Source: Octopus vulgaris
Taxonomy: Eukaryota
Length of the DNA: 64,000 nt
Assembly: GCA_951406725.2 (NCBI GenBank)
Contig: OX597819.1
Coordinates: forward strand, 19,840,001-19,904,000
Reading direction: 5' to 3'
Part shown: positions 26,385-41,177 of the stretch, one piece after another
Position numbering within the stretch: position 1 is the stretch's first letter
Layout of the letters: every line of letters begins with the position of its first letter
Position numbers and translations under genes: made by a program
Notes under the pieces: model-generated
Seen by the model: only the letters and a program-made list of their open reading frames with translations
Databases searched by the model: none
Told to the model about the DNA's origin: nothing

Positions 26385-28341
26385 CAACAACAACAAAAAG
26401 CATGAACGTACGAACTTATCTCACCATCGAATAGATTCACCATATATGATAGAGTTTTATTTCTCCTTCAAATATAATATAAAACGCTATGGATATTTGC
26501 CATGAATTGTATCACGCCCAACGACATCTTAGTGGCTCCTTCATTAACCGACATAGATATGAGTCTGTGTGTCTCGCTCCATTATTTTTAGAGCATCGAT
26601 CCAAATTCATTTCTATTCTGTCCCAGTAAAATATAATGTTTATCAAGCGTGCGGCAATATGTTATCAAATTGTTTAGAGACGTTTGAGTGGAAATTTCCC
26701 ATAAATTATGTTTGAACAGAGAAAACATAAATTACAAAGATAAAGTGAAATATATATTTGATAGTGGTTAAAGCAACAGGCAGTGATAACAAGCTGTAAT
26801 TATATTACACACAGCATAAACATTTCACTTAGTTTCATTATAATCACTATACACATTGTTTTACTTGCTCTGTGCGGTGCAATGGCGACGGCAAGGATGA
26901 TGGCGAGATGGGGACGATTAGCGTCGCGTAAACAGACACATATGTATAATATTTGCACATACAAACACTCATATGTATGCATATATGTATAAATATGTGT
27001 GTGTGGTAAGTATATGTGCATGTATTCTTGTAATGAAAATAATTGTGCGTTCCATCCATTTATAATTTTACATACAAATATGATATATAATGTATATTTT
27101 CAATAATGAGATAGGCACGAGATAATAGCGTTCAACGTGTGTGTGTTTATATATACATATATACTTAGCTTTTTCTACACCAATCATTACACATGATTCA
27201 CGTACGCTAATATATACCGACATAATTTTGGGTGTCTTGTATTCATTACATATATAAAATGAATCGCAAATACGTTGTATGCAAACCCTGCCTACATGTA
27301 TGCATTTATCTTCACTTGTAAGCCTACTCTTATGAATTTCTGCAACCTACCCGTGTATACTTCTGCGTGCATAAACTCCTTATGAATGTAGCTGTGAATT
27401 TCATGAAACGAATAACAGATTAATGTATTTACGTCTGTTTTACTTTGGACCATACGCTTGAAACCTAATTGGAGAGATCTACACTGTGAAACGAGAAGAA
27501 TTCTTTCATACAAAACAAGGTAAATAGCCGCCATTTTGTCTGAATCTTTATTGGGTGGAATTTAGCACTTCGAGTGCAGTTAGGACTGTTAAGAAGCAGC
27601 TACGTTCACGCATGTACCACATACATGAATATAGACCCTATATTGCTTTAATAATAGTAATTATGACAATCATTGTGAAACTCCTCTGTAGAGCGCAAAT
27701 TATCTTTCCGACTATTATATGTTACCTCAGCTCTCGTTCCTTGAGGATAAATTACTGGTGAATCTTTCCTGCTAAAGTTAGTTTCGCGCAATAAGCAACA
27801 TTTCTATGAGGAAGTGTTGCTTTTTCAAAATCTCAGTAATTTGGATTATGAAATTTAAAACCAATTTCATTGTATACGATAGCGAAATATTTTCATTTTT
27901 CGGAAAGGTTTAAGAAACCAATCAGAAAAAATATGGTAATGTATACATTCGCAATCTTTCGACGGCTTTTGATTGAAATCCATCATAGATCATACAAAAT
28001 ATTTTCTCATATAAAATCTGTCTCTTGTGACAGTGAAAATATAAACTGCATTTGTCATATTCACTTGCATAATATTTATACAGCGTTTCTTGAAGATCAC
28101 CGTTATACATTTTACTATTTATTCCCCTATTTTTTGCACGATTCACAAATGAATGTTTGTATAATGGTACGGAATAAATGTCATTTCTTCAACCCCCCCT
28201 CCAAAGACTCCAAAATGCAAAACAATAAACCGGTGTTTTTACCAATTGCCAACCACTAGTTTACATAATCTGCTGGTAGACATCGGTTAAATTCATACCC
28301 CTATGTATACGAATGTGTACGTGTGTGTACGCGTGTATATA

Positions 28342-28401
<60 letters not shown>

Positions 28402-28460
28402 GATAGATAGATAGATAGATATATATATATATATATATATATAGATAGATAGATAGATAT

Positions 28461-28548
<88 letters not shown>

Positions 28549-29614
28549 GCATACATATATATATATACCGATAAATATTCATAAGTTACAAGTGATAATT
28601 CGTAATGTTATGCACCACTAAATAGAATGGGGGCTGGTGGAGGGCAATGTGTGTTTAATATTTCTTGTTACTTTGTTCCGCTCTGGCATACTCTTGCTTT
28701 AGTATCTGCTGATAGACAAAAGAAACAAGGTTGCTATTCTTTTATATGTACTTATACATATGTGTGCGAGTGTGTGTATTCGCGAGCGCACGCGCGCGTA
28801 TATAATATATAAATGTATGCATATATGTAAAAAGTGTGACTCACATCAAAGCAGGGCATATGAATATATAAATATGTATGTGGAAAATCTTACATGATTT
28901 CTCTAATAAACATAAATTTTCTCTCCTTGTCAGAGTAGCCTGTGGATAAATGTAGGAATACTCAACAACTAAGAGTGATTCAAACAAACTAGATTCGTTT
29001 ATCTCGATACTGATAAGTTAGAGTTTCTATCACCTTTCCACTGTCGAAATTAAGAATAACATAATTTCATATAAATAATGTAAACATGCTATTACTGGAG
29101 TAATGAAATGTAGATAATGTTACACGGTTGGCCACCTTCTTTTCAGAAATGTAACAACGCGGTGTGGTTTATGAGTAAATATGCAACAATGTTAGCATAT
29201 ACGATACATTAAAGAAACATCTATATACTGCTTCTTTTGGTTGTCCACGAATTATATATTCACACCGAGACCACATAAATGTTTCTTAAATGCATAATGT
29301 AAGATTAATGTATACACGTGGAAAACAGATCAGACAATGTCGGCAGACTTAAAGATGTCTGTCTTTTCTCAAATTATATATCATGAACAATGTAGCGGTT
29401 TATTTATGCTGCTGTTTGGAAGCGATCCTAGTACACGTATCGGCCGTATGTGGCACTTTGAAACATTGTCACAACGACAACATTACCTTATTTCTCGAGT
29501 CATGTGCCTTTAGTAGAATGGATTATTTCCCGAGCAGACATGGCAAGAGTCAGAAGTGAGTCTACAAAGCTAAACGATCTTCGGTCGCAAGAGGGAAACC
29601 CTCAGATCAATATG

Positions 29615-29910
29615 ATTCTGATTTTGATTTTGATTTTTCCAGTTTCAGCTCATGAGCTGTGGCCATGCTGGGGCACCGCCATTTGGTTTGCTACATGATT
29701 TTACCTCACGAATGCTTTTTAGCAACTGCCATTTGGTGCATGAGAGAGTTCGATGCAGCTGCCCTCATCTACCCTCATCTGCACCTCCTGCCGTGAAGTT
29801 GGTTCATCCGGGACACCTGACAGGAAGAGATCCAGTCCTACTTTAAAGACATCCGCATCTACAACATGCAGGTCCCTCAGGTTCTTCGGGAGGATATTGA
29901 AGAGCTGTGG
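29615..29910 (-). mobile_element. CR1-group LINE 3' fragment with tail
   Basis: Reverse-complement match to 21345-21625. (AAAATC)n tail. Confidence 0.8.
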
Positions 29911-30191
29911 TATTATTTACGATCGAATTTGAAAGTTTCGTGAACGAACCACACCAGACATTCGAAGAAAATTTGAAATGTAGCCTAATGTATCTGAGGA
30001 GGTGGTTCAATAATTATTGTAAAGGACATTTGTTGGAGAAGGGGCTACAGGTATTGTAGTTGTGAGCGCAATGTTTATGTTTATCTCTTTCCTTTTCTCT
30101 CCGTTTCTACGCGGCCCCTTGTGTCAGAGTCTTTGTTTTTCTGTAGCCTTGGGTCAAAGAAAACGTTGCGAGTATAATTAGTTATATAAAC

Positions 30192-30330
<139 letters not shown>

Positions 30331-30984
30331 TATATATGTATAAATGTGTGTATGTGTGCATTTATTTTTTCGTTTGTCCCCATCATCCTTTGCCGACCGA
30401 TTTCACTTGTTTTCTCTTCCTTTAACTTAGCGGTTCGACACAAGATAAAAAAATATATTTTCTAAAATAGTAGTCTTTTCAATGCAATACACACACGCAT
30501 ATACATATTAACACACAAACATGCGCGTGCACACACAGGCACACAAACACAGACATACACAAAGCGATAGATAAATAGACTCACAAACAGATACACAGGT
30601 AGACAGACAGACATACAAATAGATAGCTAGATAGACAGAGAGATACACAGACAGACAGAGAGATAGACAGATAGACAGACAGAGAGGCCGACATACAGAC
30701 AGATATCGAAAGACTTAGTAGCATAGTGAGAGTGTAAGAAAGATAGAATGATAAAGAGAAAGGGATCTATATTTAGTTCAAATCTTCCGTTTGTTTTCCT
30801 GTAGAAAACGTTGTCATTAAATTCACATATGATTTGATATTTAGCTGTAAATACCAAAGCGGTGTTGGGAATAGTGTGGACTAATTAAGGATTGCAAGTT
30901 ATGCTAACATAGGATGTACAAGACTCCCGCTACGCTGAAATGTTACACAGCTGTGATTCCATCTAGAATGAGTGATAACAAATA

Positions 30985-30988
<4 letters not shown>

Positions 30989-31083
<95 letters not shown>
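30989..31083. repeat. (AAT)n microsatellite
   Basis: Read directly from the sequence. Confidence 0.95.
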
Positions 31084-31459
31084 GTTAAATAAATAAATAA
31101 AGGGGATATTAATAATGAAACAAATATGAAATAAGAAGCGAGAGAACTTAGAAATAAAGAAGAGTGTTGATGCAACATAATATTTCGATCTAAGCGGATA
31201 AATGTAGATATGTTAAGACAATTACCGGATATTTTAAAGGTCAGAGAGATTATATTCTTCTCTCCCTGACAGACGATGCAGACGTTCACCTTAAAGGAAT
31301 CAACGGGTAGTTTTTGTAAGATTGTGATATTTATAATTTATTGAAATGTTAGTCTTCCTGAATCGATGGCGGTTTCAACATACACTTATGCACGTACGCA
31401 TACAGACACATCATTTTTTCATCTCCCTCTCTGCCACTGTTTGCCTGTCGTTCACATTT

Positions 31460-31502
<43 letters not shown>

Positions 31503-31505
31503 ATG

Positions 31506-31547
<42 letters not shown>

Positions 31548-31550
<3 letters not shown>

Positions 31551-31705
31551 CATTCTTTCTCTGTTTCTATTCTCTTATTCCTTTCTGTTGAAGGTCGTAG
31601 GCTCGAAACGTAAATGGCGTTTTCATTTTCCTGAGCGTCAAACTAATACACAAGCTTGTTGTTCCTACACCTGTCTTCCCCTTTTGTTTTTCTATAAAGA
31701 TTAAA
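31548..31705 (+). mobile_element. Penelope-like 3' terminal repeat copy
   Basis: CTGTTGAAGGTCGTAGGCTCGAAACG and ACACCTGTCTTC. Reverse of the 2100-2290 type. Confidence 0.6.
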
Positions 31706-31729
31706 AGTACAAGTGTGTATGTATATAAG

Positions 31730-31735
<6 letters not shown>

Positions 31736-31763
<28 letters not shown>

Positions 31764-31856
31764 TGTATGTATGTATGTATGTATGTATGTATGTATGTAT
31801 GTATGTATGTATGTATGTATGTATGTATGTATGTATATATATATATATATATATAT

Positions 31857-31938
<82 letters not shown>

Positions 31939-31958
31939 TGATTGATTGATTGATTGAT
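31736..31958. repeat. Compound (TATG)n(TA)n(GATA)n(GATT)n microsatellite
   Basis: Read directly from the sequence. Confidence 0.95.
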
Positions 31959-34044
31959 ATTCACACACACAGACATATGGTTGGGTAGTAAGATGTTTTC
32001 TTCTCAACTGCATTATTTTGGTTTTCGAAACCATTGACATCTGCATTCTACAATAGTTCAGTGTCACCCAAGTTCTGTGAGAAGATTAGGCCTAAATTAA
32101 TTTCTGTCGCATATATTTATGCATGAGTGTACTTTCTTGCCTGTGCTTGTTCCCCCAATGCTGGTTGACAGTTGATGCTGTTCCTTTCTTTACATACACA
32201 TAATTTTGCATCTTAGCAGAAGCGAAATAAGTACTGCCGCATGTAAACGGTAAAAGAGTACACACACACATACACACACATTTCAGGAAATGTAATATAA
32301 CGTGATTAAGTCTATATACAATTATATTAAGGTCCCAACAACTTTTCTCGTCGATCATCTTCGGGTAGAAAGTCACCACGCCAAATAATCCGAAACCAGG
32401 TTTTCTTCTTTTCCTTTCGATATTTAAATCAAGCTTCCCACCCCACTCAATTTTTTGTCCTGTATCCCATATTCATAAATGTCACTCCTGCTTTAAATTC
32501 TAGTTCGCAACCTAAAACTATGTAAATATATTCCTATGTATGTGAAATCTGTTATCTCTGCCCCGCTACGACCCTCATAATTGTGGATGATAAAGGGTTT
32601 TCTATAATATTTACAATCAATATGAAATTGAAAATAATAAATATTGGGATTATATCCATTAAATGTGCGAATATATGTGCAAGTGTTTTTGTGAATGCCT
32701 ATAGATGTACGTGTGTATATATTTGTATGTAGGTGCTTTTGAGGGAGGCAATGTGTATGCCTGCCTATATGATTATATCAGTTGTGAGCGTGTATGTTTG
32801 CTCTAATATGCGTGTGCCTGAGCGTAGTTCATCGTATGTATTTAGGGGCCTTCGTATATACTTGTATATATGATTATGTAAATATACTTAAGTAGCGGGG
32901 ATGAATGCGGTGGGGAAGCATAAGGAATGCCGGGCAAGCTTTCAAGAACGAGAATGCTACATGCCAAAAACGGTAACAGGTGTAATTACCATGTAGCTCT
33001 TATACATCGTGTGGCTTCATCTAACGCCAAAGTAATACTTTTGAATGTTAAGAACACTTAAATGAGAAGATCTGAAGCCGTTACCCTTTCAGATCTCATC
33101 TAAAATGATAATCAAAGGAAATATTGTTACTTGCAATCAAAAGGAAGCTTGGCACTCGTTTTGTCCTTAATATTGGATTTTGTTTGAGAAGTTGGCATTG
33201 GTCTCGCTTCAAAGAAAACTTGTGTTTTTGCACTCTTGACATAAACGTATAGCGAGATTATTTATTGGTTTATAAAAGCTCGTTGCTATTGCTACCATTG
33301 TTATCGCTCTGGCAGGAATTGTTGCTAGTATTTGTTTATAGCTTTATCTATTTGTTTGTTTTGATTTATTTATGTATTATTATTATTATTAATGTTGTTC
33401 TTGATATCCTTGTGTTTACAATGAAATAAAACAAGCCAACTCATAGAAAACAAACAAACTGATTCAGCATTTTTCTCCATTTGTGGACCTGCTGACTGTG
33501 AATATGGATTCAACGATGAAATATAACGCGAAGATATAAATGTAATTAAGAGTCCACAGGAGAGAAATTCTGCTTTTATGGCAGCGCATTATAACTCCCT
33601 CCAAAACGAAAAAGGTGATTGAATGAGGTGTTAGTATCGTATCTGTGAATTTCGACATTATGGTAATTCATACAGTTGCCTAAGTATTTATCGTTTCATT
33701 AGATCTTCGCATTCACAATCTAAAACAATAACACGTAGGTAAGTTAATATGGAATATACAGGATGCTGGAAAAAATGGACGGCAACCATAAAGAAATATG
33801 TGCTGAGCAATGGAAACTGCAAAAATAAACAAATAGATAAATAAAATAAAATAAAGTATATTAATAACTGATAAATAATGCTTTAATATTTTCTCGTAAA
33901 ATGCAGAACACCCTTGATATTATATGGTGTTAATGTTATCTCATCGTACTTAACTCAACTTGGAAGTAAATTCAGTTTAAACATGAGTATTTTTGTATCT
34001 ATTTAACACACACATACACACACACACATATATATAAATATAAA

Positions 34045-34250
34045 GGGAAAGTTTACGAAAATAAACAAAAGACGAAGGCAGGTGGTGTACAAACAAACAG
34101 TGCTCAGGAATAGAAAAAGTATTTTACGTTTCGAGCCTACGCTCTTCTACAGAAAGGGACACAGAAAAAACAAGGAGAGAAACAAGGAGAGATAAAAATT
34201 CGTGTAGTAGCTAACGATCTATCATGGCGTCTGACTTCGGACAGAATGGA
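34045..34250 (-). mobile_element. Penelope-like 3' terminal repeat copy
   Basis: Matches 2100-2290 and 16979-17170. Confidence 0.7.
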
Positions 34251-34349
34251 CAAGAGATATACACACACACCAATATATATAAATATATATATGTATGTAT
34301 ATATATCTCGTGTATATACACACACAGAGACACAAACATATATAACCCC

Positions 34350-34530
34350 AACCACCAAAAAAAAAAAAAAAACAAGAACAAGCACAAAAGGAAACAACAA
34401 CGCGAGTACGTGGTACATGTGAAGTCTTAGCAGACTCTCAGGGAAGGAAAGAAAGGTGGCTTTACGTTTCGAGCAAAACTCCTCCTCAGAAACAGGGGAC
34501 AGAGGAAAGTCCAATAGAAAATGAAGACGG
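34350..34530 (-). mobile_element. Penelope-like 3' repeat with hammerhead-like core
   Basis: Minus strand reads CTGAGGA-GGAG-TTTTG-CTC-GAAAC-GTAAA-GCC. Homologous to 835-1008. Confidence 0.6.
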
Positions 34531-35429
34531 ATGAATATATATGTATGTATATATTTATATATATAAATATAAACAGTGTAACGAATGAGGGATTATAAAT
34601 CCGGGTAAAATACTCTACTTAACAAGCTGTCTGTTAATACAGAAGACTAATAATATTGTTTAGATTAGTAAAGAATTCCGCATAATCTTGTGGCAGGTTC
34701 TCAGGTTAGACTTCACAATCATTCTGTATTGCAAATCTTTGGTTGCTCCCGACTTGTACTGGTCTTTACACAGAGCGATAGATATAACAAGGCATAAATA
34801 ATGTTTCTTTACATAATTTTCTTTATTGCAGTAAATTTCACTTACAGATGTTTCCAGAAGTCGTTACAGGTTTCTTGTTCATAGGTTGACTCACTCGGTT
34901 CGTTGATAGGTTAATAAGAATACAACATTCTAAAAGGGTAATGCTGTTTCCTTTAGAGCGATATCTGGTTAGAACAGAGCAGAACACTAAAGGAATGATA
35001 TCGGTATGCGGTGGAGAGTAAAGAGAGGCAATAAGAATCAATATAAAGTAAGTGGGCTATTGTTCTAGTCCCTTATAAAGCACCCCTTCTGATCATTTGT
35101 ATTGTACACTCTGAAAGAGGATGCCTTCCACCCTAAAGCGAGTGTACACATGTTGTATATGATAAGGTGTAAATGTGAAAGTGACCTGATTAACGTACGG
35201 AAGTGCATCACTAGTAAAACAAGGGTCTTGATAGAGAGATGAAATATTTACCAATAATGGAGTTGAATGTGGTAGGGAATTCTCAAGCGAGTAAAAGGCA
35301 TCATGGACCCGGCTCAAATATGTGTCCTTTAAAGGAAGACGGATATCATCAAACCCAGGATAACACCAACTCAGTGAAAACAGATGCCACAATAGTGCAA
35401 CAAACCCCTTCAATAAGAGTACACACTCA

Positions 35430-35730
35430 AAAAGAGTACAAGCGCAAGCACAAGGTAAGCCAGAACCTTAACTAACCACTCTGCTGGAAGTATGGAAATC
35501 AGATAACAAGTGATTGGTACCATCGTACCCCAGAAAAAGTAATGGACAAAATGGGGTAGGCAAAGATCTTCTGCGACTTTGAATTCCAGACAGACAAGGT
35601 GTTAAAAGAACGAAGGCCAGAAGCAGTAACCTTCAGAAGGGACAGCCAAAGGAATTGCCAGAAGATGAATGTAATATCATGAGAGAAAGAGAAAGGGTCG
35701 ACAAATATGGTGATCTGAAAACTGATGGGC
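35430..35730 (+). pseudogene. Degraded R4/Dong-like REL endonuclease region
   Basis: Translates with lesions to KEYKRKH..LCWKYG..WYHRTPEKV..AKIFCDFEFQTDKVLKERRP..EK..KYGDL. Confidence 0.65.
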
Positions 35731-36119
35731 TCTAGGAAATATTCTGCTCAATATCACAGATTTGATTGTCAGTTGTCGATTCTTTACAAGTTGAGCATGT
35801 CCTATAGTGGCGTGAATATTACTTCCAATTACACAGGTAAAAGACGTTCAAATTAGATTTACTAAAGTGAACATCTCTCAATGTTCAATTCGTATATATA
35901 AAAGTACTTTAGGGACAGAACCACCTTCAACTCAACCAACACTGAAAGGTTTTATACCCACCACTCCATAAAAAGTTAAAAATTAAATCTTATACTAAAT
36001 ATGTCCATTCTGATTCCTGTATTTTCCGTTTATAAGACTATACGTGTTTCATGAAACAACGCCATATGTCCGTGGGCAAATATGCAGTGAACTTGGCGGG
36101 GCTTATAAATCTAATATTC

Positions 36120-36845
36120 TTCTATCCTTTCTTAAAACTGGTTCCCATATGTTGTTAATATCTGCACTCGGTCTGCCACAAAATATGGCAAAGAACTACA
36201 TGTACTCCATCCCATGCAGCTGTGGTAAGTTATACAAAGGCGAAACATGCCGCCCCCTAATGCCAAAATCTCAAAGTATTCCATGTGTATATTGCCTATT
36301 ATCGGTGATAATGGCGAACACATAGCTAAACACTCTTCTTGTCGATATGTGTCAAATTGAAGAAAAGAGAGATTGAAACCGATAAACTATCCACAGTCTG
36401 TCTGCCCTATGTGAAAGGCCTCTCCGAAAAGATACGAAAGATATGCGGTCCATATTACATCAGGACAGTATTAAAATGTAATGCAAAACTTCGCAAATAT
36501 CTCCTTCGAGTAAAATAGAAGAGAATACGACTAAGAACTGCGTGTACTCCATCCCATGCAGCTGTGGTAGGTTATATAAAGGCGAAACATATCGCCCCTC
36601 AAAGTAAGGGTCGATGAACATCGCAAAGCTGTGACACAGGGAGATACTGATAAATTCGGTACAGCTGATCATGAATGGAAAAATGGAGACCACCTACACC
36701 TGTGGGATGAAGTTAAAATAATACTACTGGAAATTATGAAAACGGTAAGAAGCAACACATATGCTAGGACACAACAACCTCCTAAGCAGACCGAGTGCAG
36801 ATATAAACAGCATATTGGAAACAGTATTAAGGAAGTATAGGAGAA
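36120..36845. mobile_element. Scrambled Penelope-like remnants (two GIY-YIG starts on plus, RT motif on minus)
   Basis: YSIPCSCGKLYKGET (36199-36250), VYSIPCSCGRLYKGET (36542-36590) and ADHEWKNGDH on plus. SPLSPIIGNIHMEYFE on minus (36265-36320). Confidence 0.8.
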
Positions 36846-36869
36846 TATTAGATTTATAAGCCCTAAATA

Positions 36870-37112
36870 TGGCGCAGTGATTAAGAGCGCGGGCTGCTAA
36901 CCCAAGATTCCGAGTTCGATTCCAGGCAGTGACCTTAATAATTATAATATCAAAAAATAATTTAGGAATGAGAACCCAGGTTCAAAATTTCCGCAAGTCA
37001 CCTGGAATCAACCGAAACGTTGTATTAACAACAAACATGAGGACTAATATCCGTCAAATATAAATAATGTAAATAATGTACGTAATTCCTCATATTTTAA
37101 ATATAGAACTGT
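36870..37112 (+). mobile_element. tRNA-headed SINE (family D)
   Basis: A-box-like TGGCGCAGTGA at 36870 and B box GAGTTCGATTCC at 36912. Confidence 0.65.
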
Positions 37113-37280
37113 AATAAAGTCACATTTTACGCCAGGAAAGAAATTCACAATTCATGCAATCCGGATAAAAACCCCTAGGACAACCCACCCCATGTACAAA
37201 ATACTTGTGACGTGTTTCCTGTTAGAAGACAATACGACCGCAATTTTCTCTCTCCCCCTCCCTATCTCACTATATATATA

Positions 37281-37323
<43 letters not shown>

Positions 37324-37335
37324 ATATATATATAT

Positions 37336-37404
<69 letters not shown>

Positions 37405-37617
37405 AGTAACAGAAAAAGGAATTTCGATTGTCCCCACGTGGTGTGTTGTAATGTATATAAGAAATTAAAAAGGAAAATACGTACACTTACATGGTTTTAA
37501 TATCATTTTTAATCTATCGACCAGTTGCGCTATCGCTATTCATGATATTATGTTTAATTTATTTGAATATATACTTTTGCTTAAGACGAAATTTGGTCCA
37601 TGTTGTGAGTGATGAAA

Positions 37618-37690
37618 TTCACAAGTGAATGACTTCACAAGTGAATGACTTCACAAGTGAATGACTTCACAAGTGAATGACTTCACAAGT
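37618..37690. repeat. 16-bp tandem repeat TTCACAAGTGAATGAC, about 4.5 copies
   Basis: Perfect copies. Lies in the presumed 3' UTR of the adjacent Penelope element. Confidence 0.95.
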
Positions 37691-37887
37691 ACACAAATAA
37701 AGAGAGGTAATTGGTTGTTATTATTGTTATTGTTGTATGTAAGGGAGATAACTGTTCAGTTTTCGGTAATGGGTGAGGATTAAATATGTGTACAGAAAAA
37801 AGACAGGTTTAAAAAAACCTTGTTTATTAGGGGATTTATGTACAGTGATGTAATCGTGAATGGAGTATGTAAAAATATAATAGTTGG

Positions 37888-38580
37888 TTATACGTGCATA
37901 TTAAGACGTGTTTTGTATTTTTCAATGAAAAAAGTTTCTTTATTTAAACGTTCTAGTTGGAAGATTGCGTCTTTGCACTGGTAGAATGGGAAGACTGTGA
38001 AATTCGGTTTGATGTTACGTGCACATTTTTCTATGTGTTCACTGAGAGCAATTTGTCTGTATTGCGGGAAACGGATTTGCTCCTTATGCAGAGTAATTCT
38101 CTTCCTCAAAGTTAAACTCGTTTGTCCAATGTACTGGTGACCGCAACCCGAGCAGGTTATTACATAAATTAAGTTCTCAGAGGCACAGGTGAAACTAGTT
38201 TTAATTGTGAACCTCTGTCCTTGTTTGAAAAGGAAATCCGAGCCTTCAAGCAGGTTGGTGCAGGTTCCACAGTTCGGGCGTCCACATTTTTCAACCGTTG
38301 GTTTCGTGGTTGTTTTGCAAAGCTTCGCATTTGTTAGTAGTCTCTTTAGCGATTTGTCCTGTTTTTTTTTGCATTTCATGAGTTTGTGTGTTTGCAGGAT
38401 GTTCATTTTTGGATCTCTAGTTAGTAAAGGGAGAATTTGAACAATAGTGTTGAATGCCTCACTGCTTGTGGGGTTGTGTGTTGATATAAAATGTAATGTT
38501 TTAGTTTGAGGTGTGGTGCTATGTTTTTTTGTTCTTAGTGTTTTTGTGTCTAATTGTTTGGCACGTTTAATTCCCTCGTA
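37888..38580 (-). CDS. Penelope-like element C-terminal fragment: Cys-rich linker plus GIY-YIG endonuclease (5'-truncated, open frame)
   Basis: KCGRPNCGTC, NLIYVITCSGCGHQYIGQT, LRKRITLH, RLNKETFFI..LN. The part of the ORF upstream of 38580 is microsatellite. Confidence 0.9.
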   Translation of the reverse strand, partial: YEGIKRAKQLDTKTLRTKKHSTTPQTKTLHFISTHNPTSSEAFNTIVQILPLLTRDPKMNILQTHKLMKCKKKQDKSLKRLLTNAKLCKTTTKPTVEKCGRPNCGTCTNLLEGSDFLFKQGQRFTIKTSFTCASENLIYVITCSGCGHQYIGQTSLTLRKRITLHKEQIRFPQYRQIALSEHIEKCARNIKPNFTVFPFYQCKDAIFQLERLNKETFFIEKYKTRLNMHV

Positions 38581-38667
38581 TATATATAATACAAATATAA
38601 TATATATATAGGTATGTATATATATAAATATATATATATATATATAATATATATATATATAGGTATG

Positions 38668-38698
<31 letters not shown>

Positions 38699-39273
38699 CA
38701 TAATATATATATATATAAATATATGTGTGTGTGTGTTTGTGTGTGTGAGGGTCTGTGAGTGTCTGTGCTTGTGTGTTTCCACAAACACACACAGATGCAC
38801 AAATATTTTTAAAGTTTCATATTCTTATGTCTATCGTAGGGGATGTTCTGAAGCGAATCAATTAAATTAAGTTTTCATTGAAACCTTAAAAATGTTTCCA
38901 AATAATTTAACTGTTAGTATTAAGTGGATACATGTCTAGGTGGGGGAGTGCAAAATAATTGAAAGAAACTTTGTTTTATTCAATATAAATGCAGGAAACC
39001 ATGTGACATAGCAAGACTTGAAAGCGGATATTATTTTTACTTCCTTACTTTCCTTCTTGTTTCATAATTACGAACATATACAAAATTAGTTACTATCAAC
39101 GAAGAAGGTTACCATACACCTGTTCACCTATATACTTAGCTACGTACAGTCATGCCTTTATGCAAGTGCGCGGTGGTGAATGTATATTTAAACTTATACG
39201 GGTTTATTGATTTGTATTCTTCAGCATATCAATCAATCAATATATCTTTCTCTGACACCATCTCCCTTTCCCT

Positions 39274-39353
<80 letters not shown>

Positions 39354-40463
39354 GAGTGTATGTGTGTGTGTGTGCGTGTATAAATAAATTTAACAATAGT
39401 GTTCTAATGTGTTTTTGAGTGCATTCATATATACATAATCATATATATATATATGTATGTATGTATATATGTATGTATATGCAAATAAATAGCGCTTTAA
39501 TATATGTGTAGGTGTACAGTTATATATACGCATATATGCATGTATATTTTTTAGATTTTTTTATGTTTCGTTTTGAACACATACTCGTATATACTTAAGA
39601 GTGTATATTTTTATATTATTTATATATTTTTGTCCTAAAAGATGAATGAGTGCGTGTATAAAATTATATACGTGTGTATTCTTTCTTTCTATCCATTATA
39701 TTCTTTTCGACCCTTCATTTTTGGCAATATCTTTAAGTGTTTCCCGTTAGCAAAGTTCTTAGGAAATTTGAGAAGCAGCTGTTCTTATTGTCGTAGAGAT
39801 GTTTCTTGTGGTAGGAGCTGACGGAGTAGATGCAAATAATTTGATATGAAATATAGGAATCTAGCGAGAAAGATGAAAGAGTAAGTTAAGAGGGTAATAT
39901 TATTTGATCGCCAGCGACCTCCTACTTGATAACATTTCCAAGAGAAATCTAAGAGGATATATTTATTCATTCTCTTGGACAAGGATGTCTTTAAAGCTGC
40001 AATCACTGTATTTCAATGGCGGATATAGCCCGAATATTTCAGAAAAGCTTACATAGAAGTGTTTATCTAAGTAAATGCAGATAATATCGTTGTAGCAGCA
40101 AGTACAAAGTCAAAATTTGGATACAGTCTTTAAAGATTAAAATAAAACAAAATCACTTTTTTTCCTTTCATCTTTTCAAGCATCTCAGCGTATAAAGTTC
40201 AGAGCTAGTTTTCGTGATATTTAACAAATGAATGTATCGTATAGAGGGAGAGATTATATGACACTGACTTTTAGCCATAACAAAAACAGCGGCAACAGAA
40301 CAAATACAGACAGAAACACAAACACACAGAAACACAAACACTCACACAGACACACAGACACACACGCATATACAAGCGTTCACACATGTGCAAACGAAAG
40401 TGGGCGCGCACAAACACACACACACATACATATATATATACACACACACATATATATATATAA

Positions 40464-40561
<98 letters not shown>

Positions 40562-40663
40562 AAACACACAGACAGACTGACACACACACACACACATTAA
40601 TACACACACACATATATATTGAAGTAGTAAAAATCCAAGCGAGGTGTAAACGGAAGGGTACTC

Positions 40664-40746
<83 letters not shown>

Positions 40747-40795
40747 CACACATATACACACGTGTGAATAAGGCATTCTTCATTCTTACATGGAA

Positions 40796-41177
40796 GCACT
40801 CCGTCGGTTACGACGATGAGGGTTCCGGTTGATCCGAATCAACGGAACAGCCTGCTCGTGAAATTAACGCGTAAGTGGCTGAGCACTCCACAGACACGTG
40901 TACCCTTAACGTAGTTCTCAGGAATATTCAAATTAACACAGAGAGTGACAAGACCGGCCCCTTGAAATACAGGTACAACAGAAACAGGAAGTAAGAGTGA
41001 GAGAAAGTTGTGGTGAAAGAGTACAGTAGGGATCACCACCATCCCCTGCCGGAGCCTCGTGGAGCTTTTAGGTGTTTTCGCTCAAGAAACACTCACAACG
41101 CCCCGGTCTGGGAATCGAAACCGCGATCCTATGACCGCGAGTCCGCTGCCCTAACCACTGGGCCATTGCGCCTCCAC
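40796..41177 (-). mobile_element. tRNA-derived SINE (family C), apparently young and full length
   Basis: Minus strand A box TGGCCCAGTGG and B box GGTTTCGATTCC with CpG-rich body. Diverged head remnant near 23325-23400. Confidence 0.8.

Noticed and set aside
27870-28259. 129-aa ORF (also 46997-47389, 130 aa) and scattered splice-acceptor-like sites as host exons
   Set aside because: No recognisable motifs or coherent exon chain. Small exons cannot be excluded without RNA-seq.
41100-41177. tRNA gene
   Set aside because: The tRNA-like head continues into a SINE body, with no clean cloverleaf or Pol III terminator.
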